From an uncultured Chloroflexia bacterium (lineage in GTDB: Bacteria; Chloroflexota; Limnocylindria; Limnocylindrales; CSP1-4): 64,000 bases of DNA. The notes beneath the pieces are model-generated. The model was not told where the DNA came from. It made no database searches and was given only the letters and a program-made list of their open reading frames with translations. The stretch lies in contig CAVPPB010000003.1 of NCBI GenBank assembly GCA_963707215.1, forward strand, positions 32,001 to 96,000, given 5' to 3'. Both the position numbers and the translations under genes were made by a program. This document shows, piece after piece, positions 29,780 to 40,334 of the stretch; position 1 is the first letter of the stretch; each line of letters begins with the position of its first letter.

Positions 29780-30639
29780 TGCGAGACCGTCTGCGACTCG
29801 CCGTGCCGAACAAGGGACGGCTGGTGGAACCGACCCTCGCCCTGCTGCACGACGCGGGTCTCGTCTTCGAGGAGCACGACCGCAGCCTCGTGGCGCGGGT
29901 CCAGAACTACGACCTCGACATCCTGTTCGTGCGGACGAATGACGTCATCGAGTTCGTCGGCGATGGGGTCGCAGATCTCGGCGTCACGGGCATCGACCTC
30001 CTGGCAGAGTCAGGCGCCGATCTGCCGCGTCTGCGGAACCTGGGATACGGTCACTGCCGCCTCGCGGCGGCGGTCCCCAACGACACCTCGTTCCGGGCCG
30101 TCGAGGACCTGGCCGGGCTCCGGGTGGCCACAGCGCACCCGCGCTCGACGCGCGACTTCTTCGAGCGAGCCGCGGTGCCCGTCGAGGTGATCCCGATCTC
30201 CGGCGCGGTGGAGGTGGCCCCGCGTCTCGGCCTTGCCGAGGCGATCGTCGACCTCGTCTCCACCGGATCGACCCTGGTGATGAACGGCCTGCGGCCGATC
30301 GCCGACGTCCTCGCCTCGGAAGCGATCCTGGTCGGCAACCGCGAGGCAGTCGGGCGGAGGGCCGGTGACCTGGCCGCCATCGACACCATGCTGAGCGCAG
30401 TGATCGCGGCGCGGGGCCGAAAGTACCTGATGATGAACGCTCCCCTCTCCCGCCTGGAGGAGGTCACGGCGCTGCTTCCGGCCCTCGAGTCACCGACCGT
30501 CATCCCGCTCAGCCATGAGGGCATGGTCGCCGTCCACTCGGTCGTGGGTGCCGACGAGGTCTGGGGCCTCCTCCCGCGCCTGAAGGCGAGCGGCGCCAGC
30601 GGCATCCTGGTGCTGCCGATCGAGAAGCTCGTGCCATGA
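29779..30639 (+). CDS. hisG: ATP phosphoribosyltransferase (long form)
   Basis: AVPNKGRL, GAVEVAP, IVDLVSTGSTL, C-terminal ACT-like domain ending ILVLPIEK. Confidence 0.96.
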   Translation: MRDRLRLAVPNKGRLVEPTLALLHDAGLVFEEHDRSLVARVQNYDLDILFVRTNDVIEFVGDGVADLGVTGIDLLAESGADLPRLRNLGYGHCRLAAAVPNDTSFRAVEDLAGLRVATAHPRSTRDFFERAAVPVEVIPISGAVEVAPRLGLAEAIVDLVSTGSTLVMNGLRPIADVLASEAILVGNREAVGRRAGDLAAIDTMLSAVIAARGRKYLMMNAPLSRLEEVTALLPALESPTVIPLSHEGMVAVHSVVGADEVWGLLPRLKASGASGILVLPIEKLVP

Positions 30640-32057
30640 CGATGCACCCGCGTCCCCAGTCCCGTCCGCCGCTGCGGCTGTCGCGTCTCGATCTCGGTCG
30701 GCTGGGCAAGGATCAGCTCGTGGCGACCCGGCGTGACTCCCTGGTCCGCCGGGGCGCCGTGCCGGACGGCCGGGTCCGTGATGGGGCTCGGGCCATCCTT
30801 GGGGACGTCCGGGACGGTGGAGCGGACGCGGTGCGGGCCGCCAACGAGCGGTTCGGTGGCGGTCTCCCTGATGGCCGGCTCATCCTCGAGCGGAGGGAGC
30901 TCGCGGCCGCCCGCGACGCCCTCGGTCCAGCCGTCCGGGCCGCGCTCGACCAGGCCATCGCCAACGTCCGGCGGTTCGCCGAGGCGCAACGACCGTCCAC
31001 GACCGTCACGACGATCGAGCCCGGGGTCGAGCTGGAGCGACGCTGGGTGCCGCTCGCTCGCCTCGGGGCCTATGTGCCGGGTGGCACCGCCCCGTACCCG
31101 TCATCGCTGGTGATGACGGTCGCCCCGGCTGCTGTCGCCGGCGTGGGCACGGTCGTCGTCGCCTCCCCGGCCGCAGTAGACGGCGCCGTCGATGCCGTCC
31201 TGGCCGGCGTCGCGGGCCTGCTCGAGGTGGACGCGTTCATCGTCGCGGGTGGCGCCCAGGCGGTCGGGGCGATGGCCTACGGGCTGCCGTCGGAGGGCGT
31301 CCCTCCTGTCGACCGCATCGTCGGCCCGGGAAACGCCTGGGTGACGGCGGCCAAGCTCGAGGCCTTCGGTGACGTGGGCATCGACCTGCCGGCCGGACCG
31401 TCCGAGGGGATGGTCCTCGCCGACGCCACGGCAGATCCGCGGGTCGTCGCCGCCGACCTCATCACCCAGGCGGAGCATGGACCCGACTCCCCTGCCCTCC
31501 TGGTCACGACCGACGCCTGGCTCATCGACGCCGTCGAGGCGGAGATCGGCCGTCAGCTCGTCCGACAGCCCCGGCGAGCGATCCTTGAACGTGCCCTCGT
31601 CGACCACGGGGTCCTGGTGCTGGCGCCGGACATCGGGACCGCCATCGACTTCGTCAACGACTACGGCCCGGAGCACCTGTCCGTGGAGACCGCGGATCTG
31701 GAGACGACGGTAGGGCGGATCCGCAATGCCGGATCGGTCTTCGTGGGCCCATGGGCACCCGAGTCGGCCGGCGACTACGCCTCGGGTGCGAACCATGTCC
31801 TTCCGACCGGCGGGCTCGCCAGGAGCTGCGGGGCCCTGGACATGGCTGCGTACGGCAAGTACGTCCAGGTCCAACGGATCGACCGGGAGGGCCTCGGACG
31901 GCTCCGTGCCGCCATCAGCACGCTGGCCACGGCCGAGGGGCTTCTCGCCCACCGAGCAGCCGTTGAGATCCGGTTCGACTCGGCTCGGTCCGAGGCCGCC
32001 GACATGGCCACGACCGACGACGCACCGGCCAGGGGCTCGACCGGGTCCGCACCATGA
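30636..32057 (+). CDS. hisD: Histidinol dehydrogenase
   Basis: YVPGG, GGAQA, GPGNAWV, AGPSE, QAEH, GDYASGANHVLPT. Confidence 0.96.
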   Translation: MTMHPRPQSRPPLRLSRLDLGRLGKDQLVATRRDSLVRRGAVPDGRVRDGARAILGDVRDGGADAVRAANERFGGGLPDGRLILERRELAAARDALGPAVRAALDQAIANVRRFAEAQRPSTTVTTIEPGVELERRWVPLARLGAYVPGGTAPYPSSLVMTVAPAAVAGVGTVVVASPAAVDGAVDAVLAGVAGLLEVDAFIVAGGAQAVGAMAYGLPSEGVPPVDRIVGPGNAWVTAAKLEAFGDVGIDLPAGPSEGMVLADATADPRVVAADLITQAEHGPDSPALLVTTDAWLIDAVEAEIGRQLVRQPRRAILERALVDHGVLVLAPDIGTAIDFVNDYGPEHLSVETADLETTVGRIRNAGSVFVGPWAPESAGDYASGANHVLPTGGLARSCGALDMAAYGKYVQVQRIDREGLGRLRAAISTLATAEGLLAHRAAVEIRFDSARSEAADMATTDDAPARGSTGSAP

Positions 32058-33199
32058 GTCCGACGCCCGTCTCGTTCCAGGACCCGAATGCCCCGTCGGC
32101 CTATGCCTGGGAGGCGACCACCGAAGCCGTCGCGGCGCGCTATGGGCTCGATCCGGCCGAAGTCCTCCGCTTCGATCTCAACACGTCGCCGGCACCACCG
32201 GCCGGCCTCGATGGGCTCCTGGCGGCCGGCGGCTGGCACGCTCCGCTGTGCGAATACCCGCCGGCCGACTATCGCCGCCTCGTGGAGGCGGCCGCGTCCC
32301 GGTACGGAGTGGGATCCGACCGGATCGTCGTCGGCGCCGGCGCCGACGAGATCCTCGATCTGGTCGCCAAGGCGTACCTGGGCCCCGGCCGCGCCGCTGT
32401 CCTGCCGTCGCCGACCTATGCCATGTACCGCGTCCTCACCGAGCAGCGCGGGGCCGAGCCGATCGTCGTGCAACGCCGTCCGCCCGGCGAGGGCTTCGCG
32501 CTCGACATCGAGGCGACTCGCAAGGCCGCCGCCGGGGCCGACCTGGTCTGGGTCTGTGACCCGAACAACCCGACCGGGACCATCGAGCCGCCCGGAGGGC
32601 TCGCGACACTCCTCCGCGGCCTGGCTGTCGATGCGCGGGAGGCCGCTCGCCCGGCCCCGCTCGTCGTCGTCGACGAGGCGTATGCCGAGTTCGTCGGCCG
32701 CGACACCGTCGAGCTGCCCGCCGACTACCCGGACCTCATCGTCATCCGGACCGTTTCGAAGGCCTTTGCCGCCGCCGGGTTGCGGGTCGGGTTCGGGATC
32801 GCCCGTCGAGAGGTCCTTGAGCGGATCGAGCCGTACCGCCCGCCCGGTTCCGTCTCGACGGTCTCCGTGACGGTCGTCGCCGAGCTCCTCCGTGACTCGA
32901 CGATCCCAGAGGCGAACCGTCGCCGCGTCCGGGCCGAGCGCGAGCGCTTCGCAGACGGCCTGGGCAGGCTCGGATGGACCGTGCTCCCCTCGGCCACCAA
33001 CTTCCTCCTCGTCGATCTCGGCGCTCCTGCATCGGCCGCTGCAGCCGCCGAGGGACTGCTGCGCCGGGGCCTCGTCCCGCGGACCTTCGCGGCCGACCAT
33101 CCGCTTGCTGGGTACCTGCGTCTCACGGTCAGGACGCCGGAAGATGACGATCGCCTGCTCGCCGCGGCCGCCGCGGCCCTCTCCGAGGATCGATCATGA
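32054..33199 (+). CDS. hisC: Histidinol-phosphate aminotransferase
   Basis: GADE, PNNPTG, DEAY, RTVSKAFAAAGLRVG; position in his operon. Confidence 0.93.
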   Translation: MSPTPVSFQDPNAPSAYAWEATTEAVAARYGLDPAEVLRFDLNTSPAPPAGLDGLLAAGGWHAPLCEYPPADYRRLVEAAASRYGVGSDRIVVGAGADEILDLVAKAYLGPGRAAVLPSPTYAMYRVLTEQRGAEPIVVQRRPPGEGFALDIEATRKAAAGADLVWVCDPNNPTGTIEPPGGLATLLRGLAVDAREAARPAPLVVVDEAYAEFVGRDTVELPADYPDLIVIRTVSKAFAAAGLRVGFGIARREVLERIEPYRPPGSVSTVSVTVVAELLRDSTIPEANRRRVRAERERFADGLGRLGWTVLPSATNFLLVDLGAPASAAAAAEGLLRRGLVPRTFAADHPLAGYLRLTVRTPEDDDRLLAAAAAALSEDRS

Positions 33200-33822
33200 C
33201 AACACCAGACGGCACGTTCGACACTGAGATCCGGCCCGGACGGGTCGCCCTCGTGCGCCGCGTCACCCGCGAAACGACTGTCGAGGTCGAACTCGATCTT
33301 GACGGGACCGGCCTGGCCGAGGTGACGACCGGCATCGGCGCCTACGATCACCTGCTGTCATCGATGGCCCATCACGGCCTGCTCGACCTTCGGATCGAGG
33401 CCACCGGCGATCTCCATGTGGATGAACACCACACTGTCGAGGACGTGGGTCTCGTCCTTGGCGCCGCCCTGGCCGGGGCGCTCGGCGGTCGGTCCGGCAT
33501 CGCCCGCTTCGGCGACGCTTCGGTCCCGATGGACGAGGCCTTGGCGACGGCCATCGTCGACGTCGGCGGGCGGCCATACGCCGTCCTCGACCTCCCGTTC
33601 CGGGGCGAGCGAATGGGTTCGCTGCCCCTGCAGCTCGTTCCGCACGCCCTGGAGGCCTTCGCCCGGATGAGCGGCGTGACGCTGCATCTCCGTGGATCAG
33701 GCGTCAACGACCATCATCTCGCCGAGGCGGCCTTCAAGGCCCTCGGTCGGGCTCTGCGGGCGGCGATCTCGACAGACCCGCGCCGCGCGGGGGTCGCCTC
33801 CACCAAGGGCTCGCTCGGGTGA
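33196..33822 (+). CDS. hisB: Imidazoleglycerol-phosphate dehydratase
   Basis: DEHHTVED, PMDE, NDHHLAEAAFK, STKG. Confidence 0.96.
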   Translation: MTTPDGTFDTEIRPGRVALVRRVTRETTVEVELDLDGTGLAEVTTGIGAYDHLLSSMAHHGLLDLRIEATGDLHVDEHHTVEDVGLVLGAALAGALGGRSGIARFGDASVPMDEALATAIVDVGGRPYAVLDLPFRGERMGSLPLQLVPHALEAFARMSGVTLHLRGSGVNDHHLAEAAFKALGRALRAAISTDPRRAGVASTKGSLG

Positions 33823-34508
33823 CCGCGGTCCATCGTCCTACCGGCCCGCGCGTCGCGGTCGTCGACTACGGCGCGGGTAACCTCGTCAGCATCGAGCAGG
33901 GTCTCGCGGCTGCCGGCGCCCGGGTCGTCGTGGCACGGGCCGCGTCGGACCTGGTCGCGATGGATGCCCTGGTGGTGCCCGGGGTCGGCGCTGCCCGGCC
34001 CGCGATGCGACGTCTGGCCCGGTACGGGCTGCTGCCGGCCGTGCGGTCGTGGATCGAGGCCGACCGCCCGTACCTCGGCATCTGTCTTGGCCTCCAGCTC
34101 CTGTTCGAGCACAGCGAGGAGGACGGGGCGACCATGATGGGCGTGATCCCGGGGAGCGTGCAGCGACTGGTCGACGCCCCGACCCTCCCCCATATCGGCT
34201 GGAACCAGGTCCAGCTGGCTCGAAACCATCCGCTCTTCGACGGGATCGCCGACGGGACCGACCTCTACTTCGTCCACTCCTACGCCGGGGTGCCCGATCC
34301 CGCGGTCGCCGACGGTATCGTCCTGGCGACCACCGACCACGGCGGCGCCTTCGCAAGCGCGATCGCCAGGGGTCCGCTCCTGGGGGTCCAGTTCCACCCC
34401 GAGCGGAGCGCGGACGATGGCCTGCGGATCCTCGCCAACTTCGTGGCCATCGCCGGCGCCTCGCCGCAGCCCGCCGCTCCTTCCCGCCAACCAGCGGGTA
34501 CCGTCTGA
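33819..34508 (+). CDS. hisH: IGP synthase glutaminase subunit
   Basis: DYGAGN, PGVG, GICLGLQ, PHIGWN, YFVHSY, QFHPE. Confidence 0.96.
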   Translation: MTAVHRPTGPRVAVVDYGAGNLVSIEQGLAAAGARVVVARAASDLVAMDALVVPGVGAARPAMRRLARYGLLPAVRSWIEADRPYLGICLGLQLLFEHSEEDGATMMGVIPGSVQRLVDAPTLPHIGWNQVQLARNHPLFDGIADGTDLYFVHSYAGVPDPAVADGIVLATTDHGGAFASAIARGPLLGVQFHPERSADDGLRILANFVAIAGASPQPAAPSRQPAGTV

Positions 34509-35296
34509 TGCTTCGCCGTCGCGTCATCCCCTGCCTCGACGTGGCCCACGGCCGGGTCGTCAAGGGCGTCCGATTCGTGGACCTCGTCGACGAGGGCGAT
34601 CCTCCCGAGCTCGCCGAGCGCTACGCTCGCGAGGGCGCCGACGAACTCGTCTTTCTCGACATCGCCGCCGCGCCCGACGGCCGGGCCACCCTGCTGGACA
34701 TCGTCGAGCGCACCGCCCGGCGCGCGTTCGTGCCACTGACGGTGGGTGGCGGCGTGCGGAGCGTGGCCGAGATGCGCGCGGTGCTGCGGGCCGGGGCCGA
34801 CAGGGTGAGCCTGAACACGGCCGCCGTCGCCGATCCGGCCCTCGTCCAGCGCTGTGCGCGGCGCTTCGGAGCCCAGGCCGTCGTGGTGGCCATCGATGCG
34901 CGACGCCAGGCGGACGGCCCCGATGGCCCGCACTGGGAGGTCGTCGTGAAGGGCGGCCGAGAGCCGACCGGCATCGACGCAGTGGCCTGGGCCCAGCGAG
35001 CCGTCGAGCTTGGCGCCGGCGAGCTGCTCGTCACCTCGATGGACCGTGACGGGACCCGGGCGGGCTTCGACGTCGAGCTGCTCCGGTCGATCTCGGACCG
35101 GATCACCGTCCCGGTCATCGCCTCGGGCGGCGCCGCCGGGCCGGCCGACTTCGTCTCGGCGGTCCGTGACGGCGGCGCTGATGCGGTGCTGGCGGCCTCC
35201 ATCTTCCATCGGCGGCTCCACTCGATCGCCGCTGTGAAGCAGGCGATGGCCGCGGCCGGCCTGCCGGTCCGGGCGGCGCCCGAGGCTGTCGCATGA
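34508..35296 (+). CDS. hisF: IGP synthase cyclase subunit
   Basis: [36 protein letters not shown]. Confidence 0.97.
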   Translation: MLRRRVIPCLDVAHGRVVKGVRFVDLVDEGDPPELAERYAREGADELVFLDIAAAPDGRATLLDIVERTARRAFVPLTVGGGVRSVAEMRAVLRAGADRVSLNTAAVADPALVQRCARRFGAQAVVVAIDARRQADGPDGPHWEVVVKGGREPTGIDAVAWAQRAVELGAGELLVTSMDRDGTRAGFDVELLRSISDRITVPVIASGGAAGPADFVSAVRDGGADAVLAASIFHRRLHSIAAVKQAMAAAGLPVRAAPEAVA

Positions 35297-36024
35297 CCGG
35301 CCAGGTGCTTCCCGATGGGATCCGCTTCGGTGCGGACGGGCTCGTCCCGGCGATCGTCCAGGACGCGGCCGATGGGCGGGTCCTCATGCAGGCCTGGATG
35401 GATCCTGAGGCCGTGGAGGCGACGCTGCGGACCGGCGAGGTCCACTTCCACTCGCGCTCGCGAGGACGCCTCTGGCGCAAGGGTGAGACGAGCGGCAACG
35501 TGCTTCGACTGCGGTCCATGGCCGTCGACTGCGACGGTGACGCCCTGCTCGTCACCGTCGATCCCATCGGGCCGACCTGCCATCGCGGCTCGCGGAGCTG
35601 CTTCGACCCGCCGCCGTCGGGGACAGCCGACGACGGTGAAGTGGCCGGAGCCGTGAGTACGGACGGAGCCCACCGCGAGGCGGTCGCACCCGAGGAACGG
35701 CTTGCCTGGCTCGAGGTCCTTTGGTCGACCATCGAGCGGCGGGCCCGAGATCGCCCGGCGGACTCCTACACTGCGCGCCTCCTGGCAGGTGGGGTCGACG
35801 CCGTCGGTCGGAAGGTCACCGAGGAGGCGACCGAGGTCCTCCTGGCAGCTCGCGACGACGCCGAGGCCGAACGGTCGGGAGCCGCACGGACGACGACGCG
35901 ACGCGCCCTGGCCGAGGAGTCTGCCGATCTGCTCTACCACCTCCTCGTCCTGGCGGCGGAGCGGGGCATCTCCCCGTCCGAGGTCGTGACCGTCCTCCGC
36001 CGCCGCCACGGCGAGGGAAGCTAG
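35293..36024 (+). CDS. hisIE: Bifunctional phosphoribosyl-AMP cyclohydrolase / phosphoribosyl-ATP diphosphatase
   Basis: [47 protein letters not shown]. Confidence 0.95.
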   Translation: MTGQVLPDGIRFGADGLVPAIVQDAADGRVLMQAWMDPEAVEATLRTGEVHFHSRSRGRLWRKGETSGNVLRLRSMAVDCDGDALLVTVDPIGPTCHRGSRSCFDPPPSGTADDGEVAGAVSTDGAHREAVAPEERLAWLEVLWSTIERRARDRPADSYTARLLAGGVDAVGRKVTEEATEVLLAARDDAEAERSGAARTTTRRALAEESADLLYHLLVLAAERGISPSEVVTVLRRRHGEGS

Positions 36025-37340
36025 GGATCGATCCTTCCGACCCAGCGCCGTCGCTTGCCCACCCAGACCTGGAGCCAGGTCCCGGCGGTCGGGTCCGGCA
36101 CGGTATCGTCGACGCCCGCGATCCGTCGGCCGTTGATCGTGACCGCGCCACCCGCGATCAGCCTTCGAGCCTCGCTCCTGGACGGGGCGATACCCGCGGC
36201 GACCATGAGGTCGACCACTCCGGCGGCGACCGTGGCAGCCGGGATCTCGAAGTGGTCGAGCTCCCGGTGGAGCATCTCGAGGACGGCCGGATCGTCGACC
36301 GGCTCGCGGGCGAATGCGGCCTCGCTGGCGTCGATGACCCGGCGGGTCACCTCGTCGCCGTGGGTCCGGGCTGTCAGGTCCTTCGCCAGTGCCCGCTGCG
36401 CGGATCGCTGCTCGGGTCGGGCGGCCAGGTCCACCTCGAGCGCCTCGATCTCCCCGCGCTCCATCAGGGTGAAGAAGCGCAGGTGGACGGGGACGTCGGC
36501 GTCGGCCGCCTGGAGCCAGTGCTGGTAGAAGGCGAAGGGGCTGGTCAGCGCAGGGTCGAGCCAGACCGACGTACCTTCGGCCGTCTTGCCGAACTTCTCG
36601 CCGGACGGGTTGGTGAGCAGCGGATAGGCAAGGGCGTGGGCCGCCTCGCCCTCCGACGGTGGTGCGGAACGCCGGATCAGCTCCAGTCCGGCGGTGATGT
36701 TCCCCCACTGGTCGGCGCCGCCCATCTGGAGCTCGACGCCCATGGTTCGGTGGAGATGGGCGAAGTCGGCCGCCTGCAGGAGCATGTAGCTGAACTCGGT
36801 GAAGGAGAGCCCCCGCTCCAGGCGACCCTGGACGGAGTCCTTGCCCAGCATGTACGGCACGGTGAAGTGCTTCCCGACGTCGCGCAGGAAGTCGAGGAGT
36901 CGGACCTCGCCGGTCCAGTCGAGGTTGTTCACCAGCACGGCGCCGCCCGGACCCGCCCCGAAGTCGAGGTACCGCTCGAGCTGGCCACGGACGGCCGTGA
37001 CGTTCGCCTCGAGGGCATCGCGGTCGAGCAGGTTCCGCTCGCTGGAGCGCCCCGACGGGTCCCCGACCATCCCGGTCGCTCCGCCGACCAGGGCGACGGG
37101 ACGGCCGCCGTGGCGCTGGAGCTGGATGAGCCCGAAGATCGGGATCAGGTGGCCGATGTGGAGCGAGGGGCCTGACGGGTCGAAGCCCGTGTACCCGGCG
37201 ATCGGCCGCCCCGACGCGAGGCGCTCCGGGAGACCCGGCGTGTGCTCGTGGAGCATGCCTCGCCAGCGCAGCTCATCGAGCAGGCCCTCGACCGGGCGCG
37301 GCTGCAGGTCGATCTCGGTCACCTCGGTTCCACGCGTCAC
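36021..37340 (-). CDS. tyrS: Tyrosine--tRNA ligase
   Basis: GFDPSGPSLHIGH, GDPSG, EFSYMLLQ, GGADQWGN, KFGKT, S4 domain. Confidence 0.97.
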   Translation of the reverse strand: MTRGTEVTEIDLQPRPVEGLLDELRWRGMLHEHTPGLPERLASGRPIAGYTGFDPSGPSLHIGHLIPIFGLIQLQRHGGRPVALVGGATGMVGDPSGRSSERNLLDRDALEANVTAVRGQLERYLDFGAGPGGAVLVNNLDWTGEVRLLDFLRDVGKHFTVPYMLGKDSVQGRLERGLSFTEFSYMLLQAADFAHLHRTMGVELQMGGADQWGNITAGLELIRRSAPPSEGEAAHALAYPLLTNPSGEKFGKTAEGTSVWLDPALTSPFAFYQHWLQAADADVPVHLRFFTLMERGEIEALEVDLAARPEQRSAQRALAKDLTARTHGDEVTRRVIDASEAAFAREPVDDPAVLEMLHRELDHFEIPAATVAAGVVDLMVAAGIAPSRSEARRLIAGGAVTINGRRIAGVDDTVPDPTAGTWLQVWVGKRRRWVGRIDP

Positions 37341-37423
37341 ACGTCCGCGGTGCGAGCCGTCTCGACCGCGGCGACCCAGGGGAAACAGTGCTTCCTGGGC
37401 CCTATGCTATCGTGACCTTCAGT

Positions 37424-40261
37424 ATGCAGACCAGCCTGGCCCGACGGCGGCGCCGACAGCGCAACGACCGTCGCGGGGGCTCCGGGGGCATCGGCGCCGT
37501 GGGCGCCGTTGCCATCATCATCCCCCTCTTCCTCTTCGCGACCCTGGCTCTGGGCGGCTTCCTCGGCTTTGCCACGGTCGTTTCGGCCTACAACGGGTAT
37601 GCCGAGGGGCTGCCGGACCCCAAGTCGCTGTTCGAGGAGATCACCTTCGACCAGCCGACCAAGGTCTACGACCGGACCGGGGTCGTGGAGCTGGCCACGC
37701 TGGGTGAGATCAAGCGCGAACTGGCGACCTTCGAGGAGATCCCACCGGAGGTGATCGACGCTACCACGGCGATCGAGGACAACACCTTCTGGGAGAACGT
37801 CGGCTTCGATCCCATCGGTATCGCCTCGGCTGCGGTGGACACCCTCCGCGGCCGCGAGCGCGGCGCCTCGACCATCACCCAGCAGCTGGTCCGCAACGAG
37901 CTCCTGCCTGCCTGGGCTTTCGAGGGCACGGTCTACGACCGAAAGATCCGCGAGATCATCCAGTCGGTCCGCCTGACCCAGGCCTTCCCCGGCGAGGAAG
38001 GCAAGGAGAAGGTCATGGAGGCCTACCTCAACGGCAACTTCTATGGCAACCAGAGCTACGGCGTGAAGGCCGCGGCCCGCAGCTACTTCGACAAGGATCT
38101 CGAAGAGCTGACCCTTGCCGAGGCCGCCATCCTCGCCGGGATCCTGCCTTCGCCGACCATCTACGACCTGGTCCGCAACGCCGAAGCCACGTGTCTCGTG
38201 GAGACTGCCGAGGGAGCCGACTGCCCCGCCGACCAGATAGCGCTGGTCGTGCCCGCCGATCGCGAGATCGTGCAGCGGCGGAACTACATCCTCGAGTTGA
38301 TGAAGACCCGCAGCTGGCTGTCCGGCGAGCGCCACACGGTCGCCGAGTACGAGGCGGCCAAGCAGGAGCCCGTCATCCTGGCCCCCCAGAAGGTCCAGCC
38401 GTGGAAGGCCGCCCACTTCGTCTGGCAGGTCCACCGTCAGCTCGGCGCGATCCTCTGTGGGTCCGAGAACGCGGATGTCTGCGATCTCGTGGACACCGGT
38501 GGGTACCGGGTGACCACGACCCTCGACTGGGACAAGCAGCAGGTCGTGGAACGATGGCTCTACGCGAGCGCCCGCGCTCCGAACCTCAAGGGCACCGACG
38601 GCATCCTCGAGGGCCTCAGCATCCCCAAGGGCGACTGGGGATGGATCCGAGAGCTGCGGGGCAAGAACATCAATAACGCCGCCGGCGCCGTGATGGACGC
38701 CCGGACCGGCGAGGTCCTCGCCTATGGCGGCAGCGCCGGCTACAGCGCCGCGGGCAACGAGAAGTTCCAGCCCCAGTTCGACGTCCTGTCCGACGGCTAC
38801 CGACAGCCGGGATCGGCCATCAAGCCGATCGACTACGTCATCGGCATCGACGACAAGACCATGACGGCATCAACGCTCTTCATGGACGTGGTCACGGACT
38901 TCACCCCGAACCGCGATCCCTACACGCCGACCCAGGCCGATGGGCTCGAGCGTGGGCCGGTCCGCTTGCGTTCGGCGCTCCAGTTCTCGCTCAACGTCCC
39001 GGCGATCAAGAGCGGCTTCATCAATGGGCTGGAGCACCAATACGAGCGCTCCCAGGACCTCGGGGTTGACTTCATCCCCGGTTCCTCGCCGGTCATCTCG
39101 ATGAGTATCGGGACGATCGAGACGAAGCCCATCTCGATGCTGACGGCCTACGGCACGATCGCCAACGGCGGCGCCCAGATACCGCGGACGATGATCCTCC
39201 AGGTCACTGACAGCGCGGGCGAGGTCGTCTGGCCGGCCCCAGAGAGCACTCCCACGCCCGAGCAGGTCATCAGCCCACAGGCGGCCTGGATCATCTCCGA
39301 CATCCTCGCCGGGAACACCGACAAGAGCCAGAACCCGTACTGGGCCGAGTGGGCCGTGTTCGATGGCAAGCAGCGACGCGAAGCCGGCTACAAGACGGGA
39401 ACGACCGAGGACACGGTCGACGTGGCAGCGTACGGCTTCCTCGCCCCGCCGTCAGACCCTGATGCGGCCCAGTTGGTCGTGGGCGTCTGGATGGGCAACA
39501 GCAACACCGACCCCACGGGCAGCCTCTCGCTCGACTCGGCAGCGCCGCTGTGGTCCCGGATCATGCGCGACGTCAGTCGAGGGCTTCCCCTTGCGAGCTT
39601 CGCCGACGCCCGGCCCGGCGGTGTCACCCGGGCTGAGGTCGACGCTCACAGCGGGATGCTGCCGGGGCCGTACACCAGCCGAACGGTCGGCGAGTGGTTC
39701 ATCAGCGACGCGGTCCCGCGCGAGAGGGACACGATCAAGGTCGCCGTCCAGGTCGACAAGGCGACCGGTGACCTCTGGCAGGAAGGCTGCGCCGGACCTG
39801 CCGTCACGCAGGGGTATCTCGACTTCTCAGGGGTCGAGCCGGCATTTCCCGAGTGGCGGCCGTACACGGATGGCTGGGTCGCACGAGCCGCCAAGGGCGT
39901 CGGAGTCGCCGGCGGGCCGGCGAAGACGAAGACGAAGACCGTGTACTTCTACAACGGGTCCTTCGCCCCGTTCGGCAAGTCGTGGGGCGCCCCCTTCGCG
40001 CCGACCGAGACATGCGAGCCTCCGGCATCGCCACCACCGTGCGATCCGTTCTGGACGCCGGACCCGAACGCGTCATTCGATCCGTCTGCGACGCCCACGC
40101 CCTGCATCCCGACACCCACTCCGTCACCGGACCCGACGGCGACGCCGAAGCCCGGGAAGCCGTCGCCGACCCCGGCTCCGTCGCCGACCCCGAAGCCCAA
40201 GCCGTCGCCGCAGCCGTCGCCGACACCCGATCCGAGCCCGGCCGCGGCTCCCATCCCGTAG
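37424..40261 (+). CDS. Class A penicillin-binding protein (transglycosylase/transpeptidase) with Pro/Thr/Ser-rich tail
   Basis: N-terminal TM; GT51 motifs EDNTF, GASTITQQL, RKIRE, YLN; TP motifs SAIK, SLN, KTG. Confidence 0.93.
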   Translation: MQTSLARRRRRQRNDRRGGSGGIGAVGAVAIIIPLFLFATLALGGFLGFATVVSAYNGYAEGLPDPKSLFEEITFDQPTKVYDRTGVVELATLGEIKRELATFEEIPPEVIDATTAIEDNTFWENVGFDPIGIASAAVDTLRGRERGASTITQQLVRNELLPAWAFEGTVYDRKIREIIQSVRLTQAFPGEEGKEKVMEAYLNGNFYGNQSYGVKAAARSYFDKDLEELTLAEAAILAGILPSPTIYDLVRNAEATCLVETAEGADCPADQIALVVPADREIVQRRNYILELMKTRSWLSGERHTVAEYEAAKQEPVILAPQKVQPWKAAHFVWQVHRQLGAILCGSENADVCDLVDTGGYRVTTTLDWDKQQVVERWLYASARAPNLKGTDGILEGLSIPKGDWGWIRELRGKNINNAAGAVMDARTGEVLAYGGSAGYSAAGNEKFQPQFDVLSDGYRQPGSAIKPIDYVIGIDDKTMTASTLFMDVVTDFTPNRDPYTPTQADGLERGPVRLRSALQFSLNVPAIKSGFINGLEHQYERSQDLGVDFIPGSSPVISMSIGTIETKPISMLTAYGTIANGGAQIPRTMILQVTDSAGEVVWPAPESTPTPEQVISPQAAWIISDILAGNTDKSQNPYWAEWAVFDGKQRREAGYKTGTTEDTVDVAAYGFLAPPSDPDAAQLVVGVWMGNSNTDPTGSLSLDSAAPLWSRIMRDVSRGLPLASFADARPGGVTRAEVDAHSGMLPGPYTSRTVGEWFISDAVPRERDTIKVAVQVDKATGDLWQEGCAGPAVTQGYLDFSGVEPAFPEWRPYTDGWVARAAKGVGVAGGPAKTKTKTVYFYNGSFAPFGKSWGAPFAPTETCEPPASPPPCDPFWTPDPNASFDPSATPTPCIPTPTPSPDPTATPKPGKPSPTPAPSPTPKPKPSPQPSPTPDPSPAAAPIP

Positions 40262-40334
40262 GCCTCCAAGGCCGAGACCTTCCCTCTCCGCCGGGCACAG
40301 GCTCACGAGGGCCGGGAGTCTCCGCGGCCCGCTC

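Noticed and set aside
40080-40260. Imperfect short repeats at the PBP 3' end
   Set aside because: Coding low-complexity Pro/Thr/Ser linker, not a CRISPR array or mobile repeat
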